Of a stretch of 64,000 nt of DNA, positions 1-13,683 are shown piece by piece. The translations under genes were made by a program, and so were the position numbers. Source of the DNA: Azolla caroliniana. Its lineage: Eukaryota; Plantae; Polypodiophyta. The notes below the pieces were generated by a model. It saw nothing but the letters and a program-made list of their open reading frames with translations. It was not told the DNA's origin and searched no databases. The stretch's first letter is position 1. The number at the start of each line of letters is the position of its first letter. The DNA lies in contig JBHGNT010000010.1 of assembly GCA_043228905.1 (NCBI GenBank), forward strand, positions 13,454,001-13,518,000, given 5' to 3'.

Positions 1-830
1 GCAGATGATTCTTGGAACGCACAGTGACGACAATTGAGAGTAGAATGGTAGTAGTGGAGAAGGAGTGAACTCCTTCGGATCGAAAAGTGGCAGCAATACA
101 CCACCGAATAGTAGCGGCAACTAAGTGTAGATTGATGACAATGGATGAGTGAATTCCGTCAAATCGAAAAGTGGCAGCAATCTAGGACTGAGCAGTAGCG
201 GCAACTAACTGTAGAATGATGACAATGGAGGAGTGAACTCCGTCAGATCGAATAGTGGCAGATGATGCTTGGAACGTACAGTGACGACAATTGAGAGTAG
301 AATGGTAGCAGTGGAGAAGGAATGAACTCCTTTGGATCGAAAAGTGGCAGCAATACACCACCGAATAGTAGCGGCAACTAAGTGTAGAATGATGACAATG
401 CATGAGTGAACTCCGTCAAATCGAAAAGTGGCAACAATCTAGGACTGAGCAGTAGCGGCAACTAACTGTAGAATGATGACAATGGAGGAGTGAACTCCGT
501 CAGATCGAACAATGGCAGATGATGCTTGGAACGCACAATGATGGCAATTGAGAGTAGAATGGCGGCATTGGAGAAGGAGTTAACTCCATAAGAGTGAAAA
601 GTGACAACAATATACGACCTTCACAGTAGTGGCAACTGAGTGTATAGTGGTGGCAATGGAGGAGTGAACTTGGTAGATGATGCTTGGACTGAATAGTGGT
701 GGCTATTGAGTGCAAAATGACGACAATGGAGGAATGAACTTCGTCGGATTGAACTGTGGTAGATGATACTTGGACCACACAGTGCCGGTAACTGAGTGTA
801 GAATGGCGGCTTAGCAATGTGGTAGTAATC
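1..830. repeat. Tandem satellite: ~86-bp monomers forming a 257-bp trimeric higher-order repeat, degenerating after ~640
   Basis: GCAGATGAT(T/G)CTTGGAACG recurs at 1, 258 and 515. The sub-motif TAGAATG..GAGTGAACTCC recurs at ~41, ~128 and ~212. Confidence 0.9.
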
Positions 831-1159
831 TAAGCTAGAATACTAAACCAAAGATGGCCCACATGATGTGGCAAAGGATCATGCATAATGGACCTAGGAA
901 TTCGGTATATAATTTATGGTGCACATATCAATTTATGTTGCATGTTTATGTTGCACATTTATGGTGCTCATTTATATAATTAAAACTCTCTACTATTTTC
1001 AATGGTAGCTTTTTGCATAGCTATTTTATCAATGGTGACATTTTGCCAACATGACTATTTATCAATGGTAGCTTTTTGCATAGCTAATTAGCTATGTCAA
1101 GGACATAGCTAATTGTTTCCACTCGCATGCTTTCACCCCAGAACATTTTCGGGTCACAT

Positions 1160-1350
1160 GTCATTTCACATTCCGGTTTAGAGGAATTGAAACGGAATTG
1201 CATTCCATCATACTGAATTTGAAAAGCATACTCAACACATAGTGACATTGAGTAATCAGTATGCCTTCCGTGATGCAGATCACTTTGATCCTAAGGAAGT
1301 AATCACGGTTCCCAAGATCGTTCATGTCAAACGATGCCGAGAGTTTGGAT
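1160..1350 (-). pseudogene. pol: Ty1/copia RT fragment (family A-like)
   Basis: Minus translation ...HYVLSMLFKFSMMECNSVSIPLNRNVK matches the copia RT at 7950-8120 and 53100-53270. Confidence 0.8.
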
Positions 1351-1858
1351 TGTCAGCACACAAACAAGAGAAAAGGATAGGGATATGTAGAAGAAGTAGA
1401 ATAGAGATATTATGATTATAAAGAGAGAATATGCAACTAACAGTTAACACACGAACAAGAGAAAAGATACAGTTTCTTGTCAAAGCAGAATGCTCAGATA
1501 TTTATTATTATAAAGAGAAAATGTTACAACTAGAGAATTAAGAGAATGACTGATAATGTAGGCTAGAGGGCTTGAGACTAGTGTTGAACTGGAATAACTT
1601 GAAAATAGTGAGGGGCTTCAATTTAGTAGGAGATTACGCATGCAGGAGCAAGCAATGCCACGTGTCATCCCTTCATGAGTTTCCTTAAATGTTCTAGAGT
1701 GTTCCATAATGTTCTAAAGTGTTCTATAATGTTGTATGCATACATATCTTAATAATGACCCATAATCACATAATCTAAATGACCCAACGGGTAAGGTGCT
1801 ATGAGATGAGTGATAGGGGTCGAGGGTTCGAGCTTTGGCATGACCAATATTCATGATA
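1351..1858 (-). repeat. 3' LTR of the chromovirus
   Basis: Minus-strand termini TATCA(TG)...GCTGACA. Bounded by the PPT at 1859-1871 and by the interrupted copia RT at 1350. Confidence 0.8.
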
Positions 1859-1908
1859 CTATCCCCCTCTTAAAACGACGAGTGCCACGAGTCGCCAATG
1901 ACGAAAGG

Positions 1909-2109
1909 CTAGGTTTTTTGGATACTTGCGATGGAAGGCATTTGAGCATTAGTAACATTGTCAACAGGCTCCCAAGTACGATCATTGGGACCGTATCCAA
2001 GCCAATCCACCAAGTAATATAGCTTATTGCGGATGGTCTTAGAATCAAGGGTAGCTGCAACCTCATATTCCGGGCCATCAACGAGCTGAACTCCAAGTGG
2101 AGGTGGCAC
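1909..2109 (-). pseudogene. Integrase C-terminal chromodomain with aromatic-cage residues
   Basis: EYEVAATLDSKTIRNKLYYLVDWLGYGPNDRTWEP is a classical chromodomain pattern. Confidence 0.9.
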
Positions 2110-4820
2110 AATACGATGTGGAATAGTCCTAGTAGCACAAGGCTAGAGGAGTGAACAATGAAATACTGGGTGAAGATGCATATAGGAAGGTAGATCCAAG
2201 TGAAAAGCCACATCATTTATTTGTGCAGAAATCCTGAAGGGGCCTAAGCGTTAATGATCTAATTTATCACAAGGGTGTGTTGTTCGCACATGTCGTCGTA
2301 GAAGCCATGCAAGATCTCCCTTTTGGAAGTTATGTGGAAGTCGATGTCGATCGATGGTTGTCTTATGGGATGCTTGAGCATGTTCTAGATGGGTCAACAC
2401 CTCTTCTTGAATATGTCGAATGTGGGACACTCAATTTTTGGTAGCTGGATTAGTAGGAACTTCAGAAAGCTCTAAGAAATTCCATCGAGGGTGATGACCT
2501 GTATATGCAAAAAAATGGAGTGACCTTACTGGAAGAATGGACGGAATTGTTTTATGCAAACTCCGTGAAATGAAGAATATCCGCCCAATCATCTTGTTCT
2601 AATGTTTGATTGGTTTGCTTGGTATGACCATCAGTTTGCTGATGATAACTTGAAAAGAGGTTGCAAGAGATCTTGAGTAGTGATAATAACTGGTGCCAAA
2701 ATTTTGAGATGAATTGTGGCCCATGATCACTAACGATATTATCCGGAAAGCCATGATGTCGAAATACCCCTTGCATGACAAGATCACTTCTCTCCTTGTT
2801 GGTGATGGTTTTCGTACCTGGTAGGAAATGTGCCATCTTTGTAAAGCAGTCCACCACTGTCAAGATAGTATCAAACCCTCGAGAAGGGGGCAAATCAGTA
2901 ATAAAATCAAGCGAAATAGACTACCAAAGTTTTGTTGGGAGTGGCAATGGTTGTACAACAATCCATAGGGATGGTGACAAGGCATTTTTATACAAAAACA
3001 TGTGTCACATGTACGAACATAATTCTCAACAAAATTACAGAGCTTAGGCCACCAAAATGCACAGTTGACTAACTCTAAGGTCTTTTGAATTCCAAAATAC
3101 CCAGCCATATAAGTGTCATGGCAATGTTTTAACACCTTAAGATGAAAAGATTCATTAGGGACATAAAGAAGACCCTGATAAAATAGTAGGTCATTCTGCC
3201 ATGTGAATTGATTGTAATCTACATGAGGATGTTGTGCCTTACAACAAGAAGCGCGATCTAGATCAATATGATTGAGAAGTTCTTGAGCAAAGAGATCTAT
3301 TTGAAGATCTTGACGAATAGAATTAAGGATGTTGGAATTAACTGGCATGTCTGAAACTTCCATTGCTTGTAACCATGCAGGTCCTAAAAGAATTTGTTTT
3401 TGATCATCAAATGCTACATCACCAAGACGAGGTGCAAGATATGCCCTTCATGATAATGGATCCATCTTGCCTTGTTGTGATCCAAGCTGATATAGAATTT
3501 TAAACTCAAAACGAGTAAAGAATTGTGCCCACTGAGCCTGTCGTCTTGTCAACACTCAAGTATTCTGAAAGTATATTAGGTTTTTGTGGTCACTATAAAC
3601 TAGTATTTGATGAAGAGAACCCTCCAAGAGATGTTGCCATTGCTCGAAGGAGTCAACAATAGCTAGCAACTCTTTATCATGCACTTAATAGTTGATGTCT
3701 ACAACGTTGAATTGATGTGAATGGAATGCCACTGGATGAAGTTGCCCATCATCTCCCTGTTGTGACAAGATGCTTCCAAGAGAAAAATCTGATGCATTAG
3801 CTTCTATAATAAATGGTTTGTGGGGATCAAGATGAGCTAATATAGGGGTAGATGTAAATGCCTTTTTTAGATCCATAAAAGCCTGGGCTGCACCAAGTGT
3901 CCAAATAAATGACTGATTCTTTTGGGTGAGTTGCATAAGAGGTAAAAATTGCCGAATAACCCTTAATGAATTTGCGATAGAAGTTTGAAAATCCTAAAAA
4001 ATATTGGACATCTCGGACCGAACATGGAATTTGCCAATCTAATACTGTTTGAACTTTAACTGGATCCATCGAGATACCTTCGGATGAAACAACATAGCCT
4101 GAAAACTCTACTTGTTTGCAATCAAAATTGCATTTCTCCAACTTAGCATTTCTCTAACACTGTTTGAACTTTAACTGGATCCATCGAGATACCTTCGGAT
4201 GAAACAACATAGCCTGAAAACTCTACTTGTTTGCAATCAAAATTGCATTTCTCCATATTCATGCAACCGTTGTAAAACTTGTCGAACATGGAAATTATGC
4301 ACTTCTTGTGTCTTGGAATAGTTTAGCAGGTCATCTAAGTAATTAATCAAAAAGATATCTAGAAAATCAGGAAAGATATCATAGCCCATATGCTGAAAAA
4401 CTGCACGTGCATTAGTAAGTCCAAACGAAATGATTGTATATTCAAAGTGGCCACATTGAGTGCGAAAAGTTGTCTTCCATTCATCTCTGGGACGAATCCA
4501 GACAAGATTATAAGCACCTTGGAGATCAATTTTAGTAAAAAAATTTGCCCCACTAATCTGTTCTAAAAGGCTAGAGATCAAAGATAATGCATACCTATTT
4601 CTGATAGTGACCTTATTCAACCCTCGATAATCCACCACCAAAAAAAGTGAGCCATCTTTCTTTTTTAGAAAGAAAATGGGTGCCCCATTTGGAGACTTTG
4701 ACTGTCGAATGAATCCTTTTGCCATATTTTCATCTATGCATTCCCGAAGAACCTCCAGCTTTGTTGACTACAAATTATAGATCAGTCCCCACGGTGGCTC
4801 TCTCCCTAGTTGTAGGTCGA

Positions 4821-5431
4821 TGTTCGGCTTCTCCTGGCTTTACTCCTAACTGATCCGGTTCTCGGCTTTTTCAGCCGATCTAGTCCACGTTGAGCTTGCT
4901 CGCTCAACACTCCCCCTCCAACTCAACTTGAGGTTCCCCATTAGCTCTAGCTGCTCCACCGTTCCAGCATATGTTGGCTTCATGCCTCCTCAGCTCGTGG
5001 TCCTTGATCAGTCTGGTCACGCATTCCACGACCCCTCTGGTCCAACGCTCCTCGACCTCTATAGTTGGTACGTTTGATCTCCAGGCCCTTCTCAGCTTTC
5101 TCGCTGTTGCGACATTAGCACCCCTCAACCCGTCGGCTCCTCCGTAGCGGCGCCATCTTCAACTGCCTCCTTGTCCACATGGCCTTCATATGATTCAACT
5201 CTCCCAAATCAAACTCCTTGATTGAATCGGTTGTCTCCGATTCGTCTTTCGTCTTGTCTCAATCAGTTGTCTCCGATTCAACTTTCTTCTGGCCTTCTCT
5301 TCGTCGGCTCGGTCCATCTTGATTCTATTGCCAGTCTTGCCTCTCTTAGCTTTGCCTCCCCCTTGTTTGGTTGCCTCCAGCTTTGGCTCGTTCTTTCGGC
5401 CGCTCCCCCTGCATCTGGCTAGTCTCCACTT
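4821..5431 (-). mobile_element. Copia family A 3' fragment (partial LTR, PPT, 3' region)
   Basis: GTTGAGCTTGCTCGCTCAACA|CTCCCCCTC at ~4889-4918 matches the LTR/PPT junction at 51747-51776. Confidence 0.8.
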
Positions 5432-5860
5432 TGTTGGCCGGGTAGGACGTCCAAGTGTAGAAAGGATTGAAGACAGTTAGAAAGAGTAAAAGGAATGGGT
5501 AGGACCGACTAATTATTAGGCAAGAAATAGACAATCATAAAAATAGAAAAGATATTGAACAGTCATAACGGTTCACTAATAGACATAACCATCCATGAGC
5601 CTATGTCAAGGGCCCTGGAAAGCTTGTAAAGCTAATAAAAAATTTATGTATCACTACACTTAATAGAATATTTTTTGTCTCCGATACTTTGAATAATTGT
5701 GTTGAGTTCACGTTCTGCGTAATCATGTGTATATAGTGTTGGATAACAAGTCCCTCCGGATGGAAAGGAGTGAACGAACCAAATCGGATGAAGTAAATGG
5801 GTATTTTTGCTGAAACCGAAACCAAGAATTGATTATATAACCGATTTGGGTTTGCAATCA
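5432..5860. repeat. Probable LTR of another family; right boundary uncertain
   Basis: Starts TGTTGG, AT-rich and non-coding. Shares GACGTCCAAGTGT with the LTR at 12623. No TSD found. Confidence 0.4.
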
Positions 5861-6292
5861 AATCAATGATGATGACTCCCGATCAGGATATTCTCTGCTT
5901 AGAGGATTCAATGATCGGAGAAATCTTATATTGTGCACAAGATGCACACACGTGGTTACTGGATTCTGGTGCCACATTCCATGTGACCCCAACATTGAAT
6001 GGTTTTTGAACTATTCAGCCGATGCCAGCAGCACAATCCAACTAGGCAACGGGCAGGAGTGCAAAATCGTAGGGACCGAAGAGGTTCCCATCCAATTCCC
6101 CAATCGCAACATGATCACCCTGCACCAAGTTAGGCACGTACCCGATCTGAAAAGGATTATGGTCTCCATCGGCATGTTAGCCGAAGATGGGTACTGCATG
6201 ACTCTAAGTGAGCCGATATGGATGATCAGCCGGGGAAATCTCAGAATTAGGAGTGGACACAACTACAATAATTTTTACCCATTAATATCAAT
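5861..6292 (+). pseudogene. pol: Copia family E protease region; continues at 12207-12319 after a nested insertion
   Basis: DAHTWLLDSGATFHVTP...IQLGNGQECKIVG. Colinear with the uninterrupted copy at 47024-47370. Confidence 0.85.
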
Positions 6293-6387
6293 TGTAAAAG
6301 AATATGTGTGCGGAAGCGTATGCGTAAGACACTGAGTACCCGGTTTGGAGGTACGACAGTTTGGTAAAACACAAAAATCACAGAAAT

Positions 6388-6435
<48 letters not shown>

Positions 6436-9400
6436 CAGAAAACGAAACTATATTCAAAAAATTATTCTCTGTATACTCTTTGTACATTCTTCGTGCTTAT
6501 TGAGCATCTTTTTATACAAGCCTTGACTATTGGGCTGACAGAATTACTTACCGTACCTAACCGCTCATAAATGAGCATCCTACACTTATCCCCAAAATTA
6601 TTCCTTACGAGGAATAACTTTCTAACGGCCTCTCGGTTTACATACCGCTACGACCATATTTTGCGTACAATTTTACGCACCCAGTCTACGCACTAGGTTA
6701 CCCACCCAATGTTGAGCTTGTCTCTCAACACTTCCCATCAAGCTCAACTTGAGTTTCCATATGCTTTTCCGGATCGCGCTCCTCGACCCATCCGATTCCG
6801 CACACCTCGACTCTTCTGGTCGGCTTGTCTGCTCATGCGGCCTTCCTCAGCTCCCTTGCTGTCGCAGTGTCGGCACCTCTTTCACTGCTCTTTTCTCCGC
6901 TTGGCCCCCCGTTGATTCGGCATATCCAAATCGAACATAACCATTGAATTGAACATTTCCGATTCATTCCCGCTTTCACCCGAATTGATTGTCTCCAATT
7001 CGTCTTTTGTCTTCAGGCCCTTAACTACGTCCGACCATGTCTTAATCTTGGCCTTTATGCCTTTCCTGGCTTTATTTCCCCTTTGTTCGGCTGTCTTCGG
7101 CTCTTCCTTGTGATTACGACCCCTGCTTACTTCTTCACTTCTCTAGTCAGCCTGAAATCGAACTCTTCACCTGATTCGGCATCACGGTCACTACTGCTCC
7201 TTTCATGCTCCTGTTCCTGTCTCGCCCTCAAGTTTGGATTGTCGAGGTGACACAACCCCATCTCAATCGAGAAATGCCACAACTTGTCAAGACCAAGGGG
7301 CTTGGTGAAGATGTCGGCAATCTGCTGACCTGTGGGAACATATGCCAGTTCCACTTCACCAAAAAGGACACGCTCGCTAAAATGGTTGTGCACCTCAATG
7401 TGCTTGGTCGAGCGTGGAATACAGTGTTTTTGGCAAGGTGGATGTTGCTGAGGTTGTCACAATACATCGTCGTCGGATCGAACACCTCTACATGTAGATC
7501 CCGTAATAGCCGTTTCAGCCAAATGACTTCGTATGTAACTACAATCGCCCCTCGATATTTGGCCTCAGTGCTCACAGTGCTACTGTCGGCTGCTTCTTAC
7601 TACTCCACGTGATCGCCACACTTCCCAATGAGAATGTGTAACCGGATGTGGATCTACGATCGTGGGTATTTCCGATCCAATCGGCATCCATGTAGCTGAC
7701 TAACTGTTCGACAATGCCTGCACGATACAACAACGCCATGTCTTTCGTGCCGTTGACATATCGTAATATCCTTTGCGCGCACTGAAGGTGTTCCGTGTTG
7801 GGCTGCGACATAAATTGACTGATCATTCCGACCGGATAATAGAGATCCGATTGAGTGATCGTCAAGTAGATGAGGCTTCTGACAATTTGTCGAAACCGTG
7901 ACGGGTTGCACGCCTTTCCCGAAACTCGGCGAAGTTTTACATTTCTATCCAAAGAGATAGAGATGGCCTTACAATCTACCATCCCAAACTTGAAGAGCAT
8001 ATTCAGCCTGTACTGATGCTAGTTGATCAATATGCCTTCAGGGGAACGGATCACTTCAATCCCGAGGAAGTAATGAAGGTCGCGAAGATCCTTCATGTTG
8101 AATGATGCCGCAAGCTGAGACTTCACACAACAGATTTCTTCTAGGTCGGCAGTGGCGATGACTAAAGCATCAACATAAAGTAAAAGACAAACCGGTCCAT
8201 GTCAACCTTGCCGAACGAACAATAGAGAGTCCGACTTTGATGTCGTAAACCCCATTCTACGCAACCATTGTGTAATCTTCGCGTTCCAAGCTCGCGGGGC
8301 TTGCTTAAGTCCGTATAACGCCTTCTTCAATCGGCAGACTGCCGAAGTGTTCTGTTTGGATAGAAATCCAGGGGGTTGTATCATGTAGACTTGTTCCTCA
8401 AGATCACCTTGCAGGAACGCATTCTTAACATCCATCTGATGTAGATGCCACCCCTTCGTCGCAGCTACGGCTAGCAGAACTCGCACAGTAGTCATCTTCG
8501 AGATTGGGCCGAAGGTCTCGTTGTAATCTACGTCGTGCTTTTGCACGTGGCCTTTCACAAACAAATTAGCCTTATATTGTTTGATTGAGCCGTCGATGTC
8601 ATGTTTCACCTTAAACACCCATCTGCATCCAATCGGCTTAACACCTTTAGGTGCGTCAACCAGGTCCCAAGTCTCATTGTCCGATAATGCGTGCATCTCT
8701 TCCTCCATCGCAGCATGCCAATTTGCGTCTTCCGCCGCTTCTGCGTAGCTCTCCGGCTCATGCACTTCCGCCACTCGCGTCATGAATGCATAATGATGTA
8801 GCATGTACTCATTATACCCATACCTCTTTCCGAGGTTCTTCAGGTGGGTAGATCGGCGTAATTCGTGATTACCCGATTTTACGGCCTTTTCGGTTGATTT
8901 CAACTTCTTCCGTGGAGATTCCTTTTCAATTGATCCGAAATCAGACTCGCTCCAGTCTGAATCAGCCATGCTGAAATCGTATTCCGACATTTTCTTCTTC
9001 CCTTTTTCTTTACGTGTAAACCGTCTCCTCGGTTCTTTACGCAAGGACAACACGACCGAGTGTCCACTAGTCACCGATCTTCATTTGGTTGGCCATCTTG
9101 ACCCAACCCCTCATTCGGCCCACTTACCCGAAATGAGATCGAACTCTCTGCCAGAGCTCCGATATCCTCATTATGCAGAGGCATCTAAGCCTCTTTGACC
9201 TCTTCTTCAGAATTCGGAATGGAATCATGAGGTATTGGAGGTGAAGGCAAGTACCATGAAGTGGACTCATCGAGCACGACATCTCGACTTATGCGAACTT
9301 CCTTTGTCCGGGGGTTATAGCACTCATACCCATTCTGCTCATATGAATAGCCGACCAAGATACACTTCTCGGCTTTGGCGTTGAGTTTCCTCCTCTTCTC

Positions 9401-12206
9401 CTTTGGCACATGCACATAAGCAAATTTGCCAAAAATCCTCAAGTGTGCCAAGTTCAGCTTCTCTCAAAAATACAACTCGTGTGGTGACACTCCTCCATTA
9501 GCAGAGTTCTGATTCTGCAAGTAAATAGCCGTCCTTACAGCTTCAGCCCAGTAAAACTTCAACATACGCTTCTCTTCAAGCATTGCCCTAGCTGCTTCTT
9601 CGATTATCCGATTCTTCCGCTCGGCTACGCCGTTCTGCTCCGGCGTATATCTACATGAGAATTTGCGTTGAATTCCCTCCTTCTATAGATAACTCGTGAA
9701 TTGGTCGGAGAAGTACTCCTTCCTGCCATCAGATCGTAGGCGCTTGATCTGACATCCTGTTTCCCTTTCTGCAAGGTTTTTCACCTTCAGGAACCACGTG
9801 AAGACTTCGCTCTTTTTCACGATCAAGCATGCCCAGGTATGTCGAGTGAAGTCATCGATGATGGTCACGAAGTAACAGCTTCCACCGAGACTCATGTTCT
9901 ATGCCAGTACCCACACATCTAAATGGATCAAATCCAGCGGATTTCGACTATGATGATGATCATTGGGGAATGGAAGTTGGTGTTGCTTCCCGAGTTAGCA
10001 GGCTTCACAAACTTGGCCATTACGGCCCCGAAATTTTGGCAAGCTGAAAAATATGTTCTTCATACGTGGCTGAACCGCTTGTGCCATAGGTTGATGTCCG
10101 ACTCGACCTTCTGCCCTTTAGGGAACAGTGCGGTTCCGGCTTGATTGGTGTCGAGGATAAACATCCTCCCTTCACGGCACCCTTGTGCGATGACTTGGCC
10201 TTCCTCTTCGATGTAGCAGCCAAGGTGCATTAATCGAACTTGCAACCCCTGGTCGACGATCTAAATGAAAGATACCAGGTTCTTGGTTATTGTTGGGATG
10301 TGCAACACGTTCATAAGTTTCCCTTTCTGCCCGACGTGGCTGAGAGGAACTTCTCTGATATGTTTGATGGTACGCGGAGTGTCGTCTCCCGTTTCGAGCA
10401 CTCCTTGTTTTTCCAGTTTCTCCAAGTAAGAGAACCATTCCTCATGGCTCGTCATATGATTTGACATGTCGGAATCAACATACCACACCTCGCTTGATTT
10501 GAACCATTCTTGGTTATCGTCAAGACGTGCAACACATTCATAAGTTTCCCTTTCTGCCCGACGTGGCCGAGAGGAACTTGTTTGACATATTCGATAGTAT
10601 GCGGAGTGTCATCTCCCGTTTCGACCACTCCTTATTTTTCCGGTTTCTCCAAGTACGAGAACCATTCCTCATGACTCGTCATATGATTTGACGCTCCAGA
10701 ATCAACATACCACACCTCGCTCGATTTCGAGGTAGTCACGACCATCGAATTGGTCTTTTGCTTCATTATGAAGGCTAGGCCCGATCCATTTCAAGCTCGT
10801 TCGGAGCCTTCGGCGTAGTGCGATTTCTGACACCTTCTTGCGTCTCTTCTACTTGATTCGGCTTTGTTCGAATCGGCTCTCTTCTTCCAGCACTCACTCT
10901 CCTTGTGGCCTTTCTTGCCATAGTACCAACATTCCATCGCGGAATTCTCTTGCCGGCTTCCGATGCCGCTATGACTCCCCTTGCTTCCGGAGGGTTTGGA
11001 ATTTCATCCGACATTTCGATTATGCCCCACGTTCTGCTCTTTTCGGCCGCCTACATTGTGCGCTGATCCGCCTCGTCCGCCACGACTACGAGGCCTATCT
11101 TCCTCCGTGTACAACATCTTGTTGTCGGTGTGCGTACTCGTTGACGCACCCGCGTGATTTTCCTCCACCAGCAACATCGATTGAAGCTTGAAGAATGAAG
11201 GCGTAATCTCCCTTGTGTAGACCGCCGTCCGGAACGCTCTGAACTTTGATGCTAACCCACCAAGACAAACCTGCACCATTTCATCGTCCTCGATGTTCAC
11301 GTTGACGGAGGCGAGAGAGTCACAGATCTCCTTGATTTAGGTCGTGTAATCGGCCACAGACAGATCTTTCTAGCGGACATTGGTGAACTCATGTCTGAGC
11401 TGCAGCCTCCTGGCCATTGTGCTAGTGGCAAAAATCCTCTTGAGTTTCGCCCACGTGTCCTTTGCCGTCTTAGCATCCCAAATGTAGCTCAAGAGCTAGT
11501 CGCTCACACAAGATACATAGCAGTAAAGAACTCTGCTTGTCACTTGTTCCCAGGCTGAAAAATCTCTATGTGTCGATTTGGGTGCTGCATCGTTAGCTCC
11601 TTCGACATAACTCTAATAACCATGACCAAGCAGATACTAGTGGATCTTGTAAGACCAAGATGCATAGTTGCTCCTGTCGAGCTTCTCAGTCGGTAGCGAG
11701 GTTCCCGTTCCTCTGTCCATATTGTTGTCTTATCCTTCAACTACAGAGGAGTCTCAACCCTCACACTCTGATAGCATGTAAAAGAATACTTGTGTGGAAG
11801 CGTATGCGTAAGACAGTGAAGTGAGTACACGGTTCGGAAGTACGACAGTTCGGTAAAACATAGAAATCACAGAGAAGTGAGGGAGAGACAGAGAGAGAGC
11901 ATAAAATGAAACTATATTCAAAAAATAATTCTCTGTATACTCTCTGTACATTCTTCATGCTTAGTGACCACCGTTTTATACAAGCCCTGACTATTGCGCT
12001 GACACAAGTACTTACAGTACCTGATAGCTCCTAAATGAGCATCCTACACTTATCCTCAAAATTATTCCTTACGAGGAATAACATTCTAATGGCCTCTCGG
12101 TTTACATACCGCTACAGCCATATTTTGCGTACGGTTTTATGCACCCAGTCTACGCACTCGGTTATGCACCTGTTTACGCACCCAATGTTGAGCTTGTCTG
12201 TCAACA
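6293..12206 (-). mobile_element. Full-length decayed Ty1/copia (family A) with both LTRs and 5-bp TSD
   Basis: LTRs 6293-6730 and 11777-12206 (TG...CA). TSD TCAAT at 6288-6292 and 12207-12211. Mutated Met-i PBS TGCTATCAGAG at 11766-11776. Gag, PR (WYVDSGAS), IN, RT and RH fragments in copia order. Confidence 0.95.
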
Positions 12207-12319
12207 TCAATCAATATAGAAGGGGCCGTGAACATAGCCAAAAAGACCGACCCAAACTTATTGCATGGCCGACTCGGCCATATGTCTCTAGCCGGACTTG
12301 ATAGGCTAAGGGTAGTTGG

Positions 12320-12622
12320 TGTTGAGATACAAGCTCAACATTGGGTGCGTAAACCAGTGCGTAGACTGGGTGCGTAGACCGGGTGCGCAACGAGAGGCCG
12401 TAGTGGTGCGTAAACCGGGAGGCCGTTGGATAGATATTCCATGAAGGAATATATTTTGGAAGTTAGTGTAGGGGCTCATAAATGAACAGAAATATGTGTT
12501 AGTACTTCTGTCAGTCCGTATGAACTTTGTATCAAAGTGCTCTCTCAGTACATGCTATATACAAAGTTTTAGAGTATTGTTTTGGAATAGAGTTTTTCTG
12601 TATTCTGCTCTCTCTGTCTCTC
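12320..12622 (+). repeat. Truncated family A LTR, plus orientation
   Basis: TGTTGAGATACAAGCTCAACATTGGGTGCGT is the reverse complement of the LTR end at 12177-12206. Confidence 0.85.
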
Positions 12623-13683
12623 TGTTTAGCGCTAGGATAACAACACAACTAGCCACGAATAAGAGCGCATCAACAAGGAAACAACAAGAGGAAAAGAAGC
12701 AAAGAGACGTCCAAGTGTGAAAGGCCCATACACTAGACATGAAAACTATATAAACCACATAGTAGTGGCTTTGTAAGGGTTCTCTCATTTGTAAAGATCT
12801 CCTATTGATTAGAGCTAGAGCTTCCTCTCCTCCTTCTTGTAACCTTTGAGCTTAAGAGAGATTAGTGTGGTGTTTAGTTAGAGAACACTAATCTCTCTCC
12901 TTGTTGGTGCTAGACCTCTTAGCAAAGAGGGTTAATAAACATATTCTTCCTTCTTATTGTCTATATATCTATTAACCTATTGTCTATGAGAGAGAGCTTG
13001 AGAGAGTGAGAGAGATATCGTGCTTAATCATTTACTAATCGTTAAGTGATTGTGAACCTCGGAGGTATCCAACTACCTTCGCCCGATTCGCCATCAAAAG
13101 GGTATATGCCGATCCGAACTTCGCAAACGACATCGAGGGTTTAAGTCCGTCAATACATAGATCCTTCACATCTATTTGGCGCCACTGCCGGGGATACGAC
13201 CGATGCTTGAAGCCTATTTTCGAGTAGTCAAAAACTCGGAGGCAAACCACTTAACGAAGGAAGAAATCGCAAGAGAACCACTATTTTCTATTTTTCTCAT
13301 TAGTTCATAGTTCAATTAAGTTGATTTTCTGTTTTTCCTCACTATTTCATAGTTTAATTAAGTTGATTTTCTATTTTTCCTCACTATTTCATAGTTTAAT
13401 TAAGTTGATTTTTTGTTTATTTGTTTGGTTAACACTAAACAGTGTGGAGATTGAGCCGTTACAGGGCAAGCGTAATCACCGCGAGTCTCGCCGCTTAAGA
13501 TCTCCCACGGGACACGAAACGACCGTTGGCGCCAAAAAGTTTGAATTTCCCACGCAAAGTTCGTCGAAAGAATAGAGTTCGCCCAACCTTCTTCCTTCGA
13601 CGAAGATTCATCCTCCGACGAGGATTCATCCTTCGACGAAAGATTTATTCTTCAAGGAACCTATAAAAGCTTGACCAGAAAAC

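Larger units (their letters stand above)
1351..4820 (-). mobile_element. Ty3/gypsy chromovirus (Tcn1-like), 5'-truncated: RT-RH-IN-chromodomain, PPT, 3' LTR
   Basis: RT (GAPIFFLKKKDGS, YLDD) 4237-4725. RNase H (EANASDFSLG) 3685-3936. Integrase HHCC/core 2552-3363. Chromodomain 1909-2109. PPT AAGAGGGGGATAG next to the LTR. Confidence 0.92.

Noticed and set aside
13442-13545. PBS assignment (TGTGGAGAT Ala-like, or TGGCGCCA on either strand)
   Set aside because: Neither gives a clean tRNA complement at an LTR edge, so it is left unresolved.
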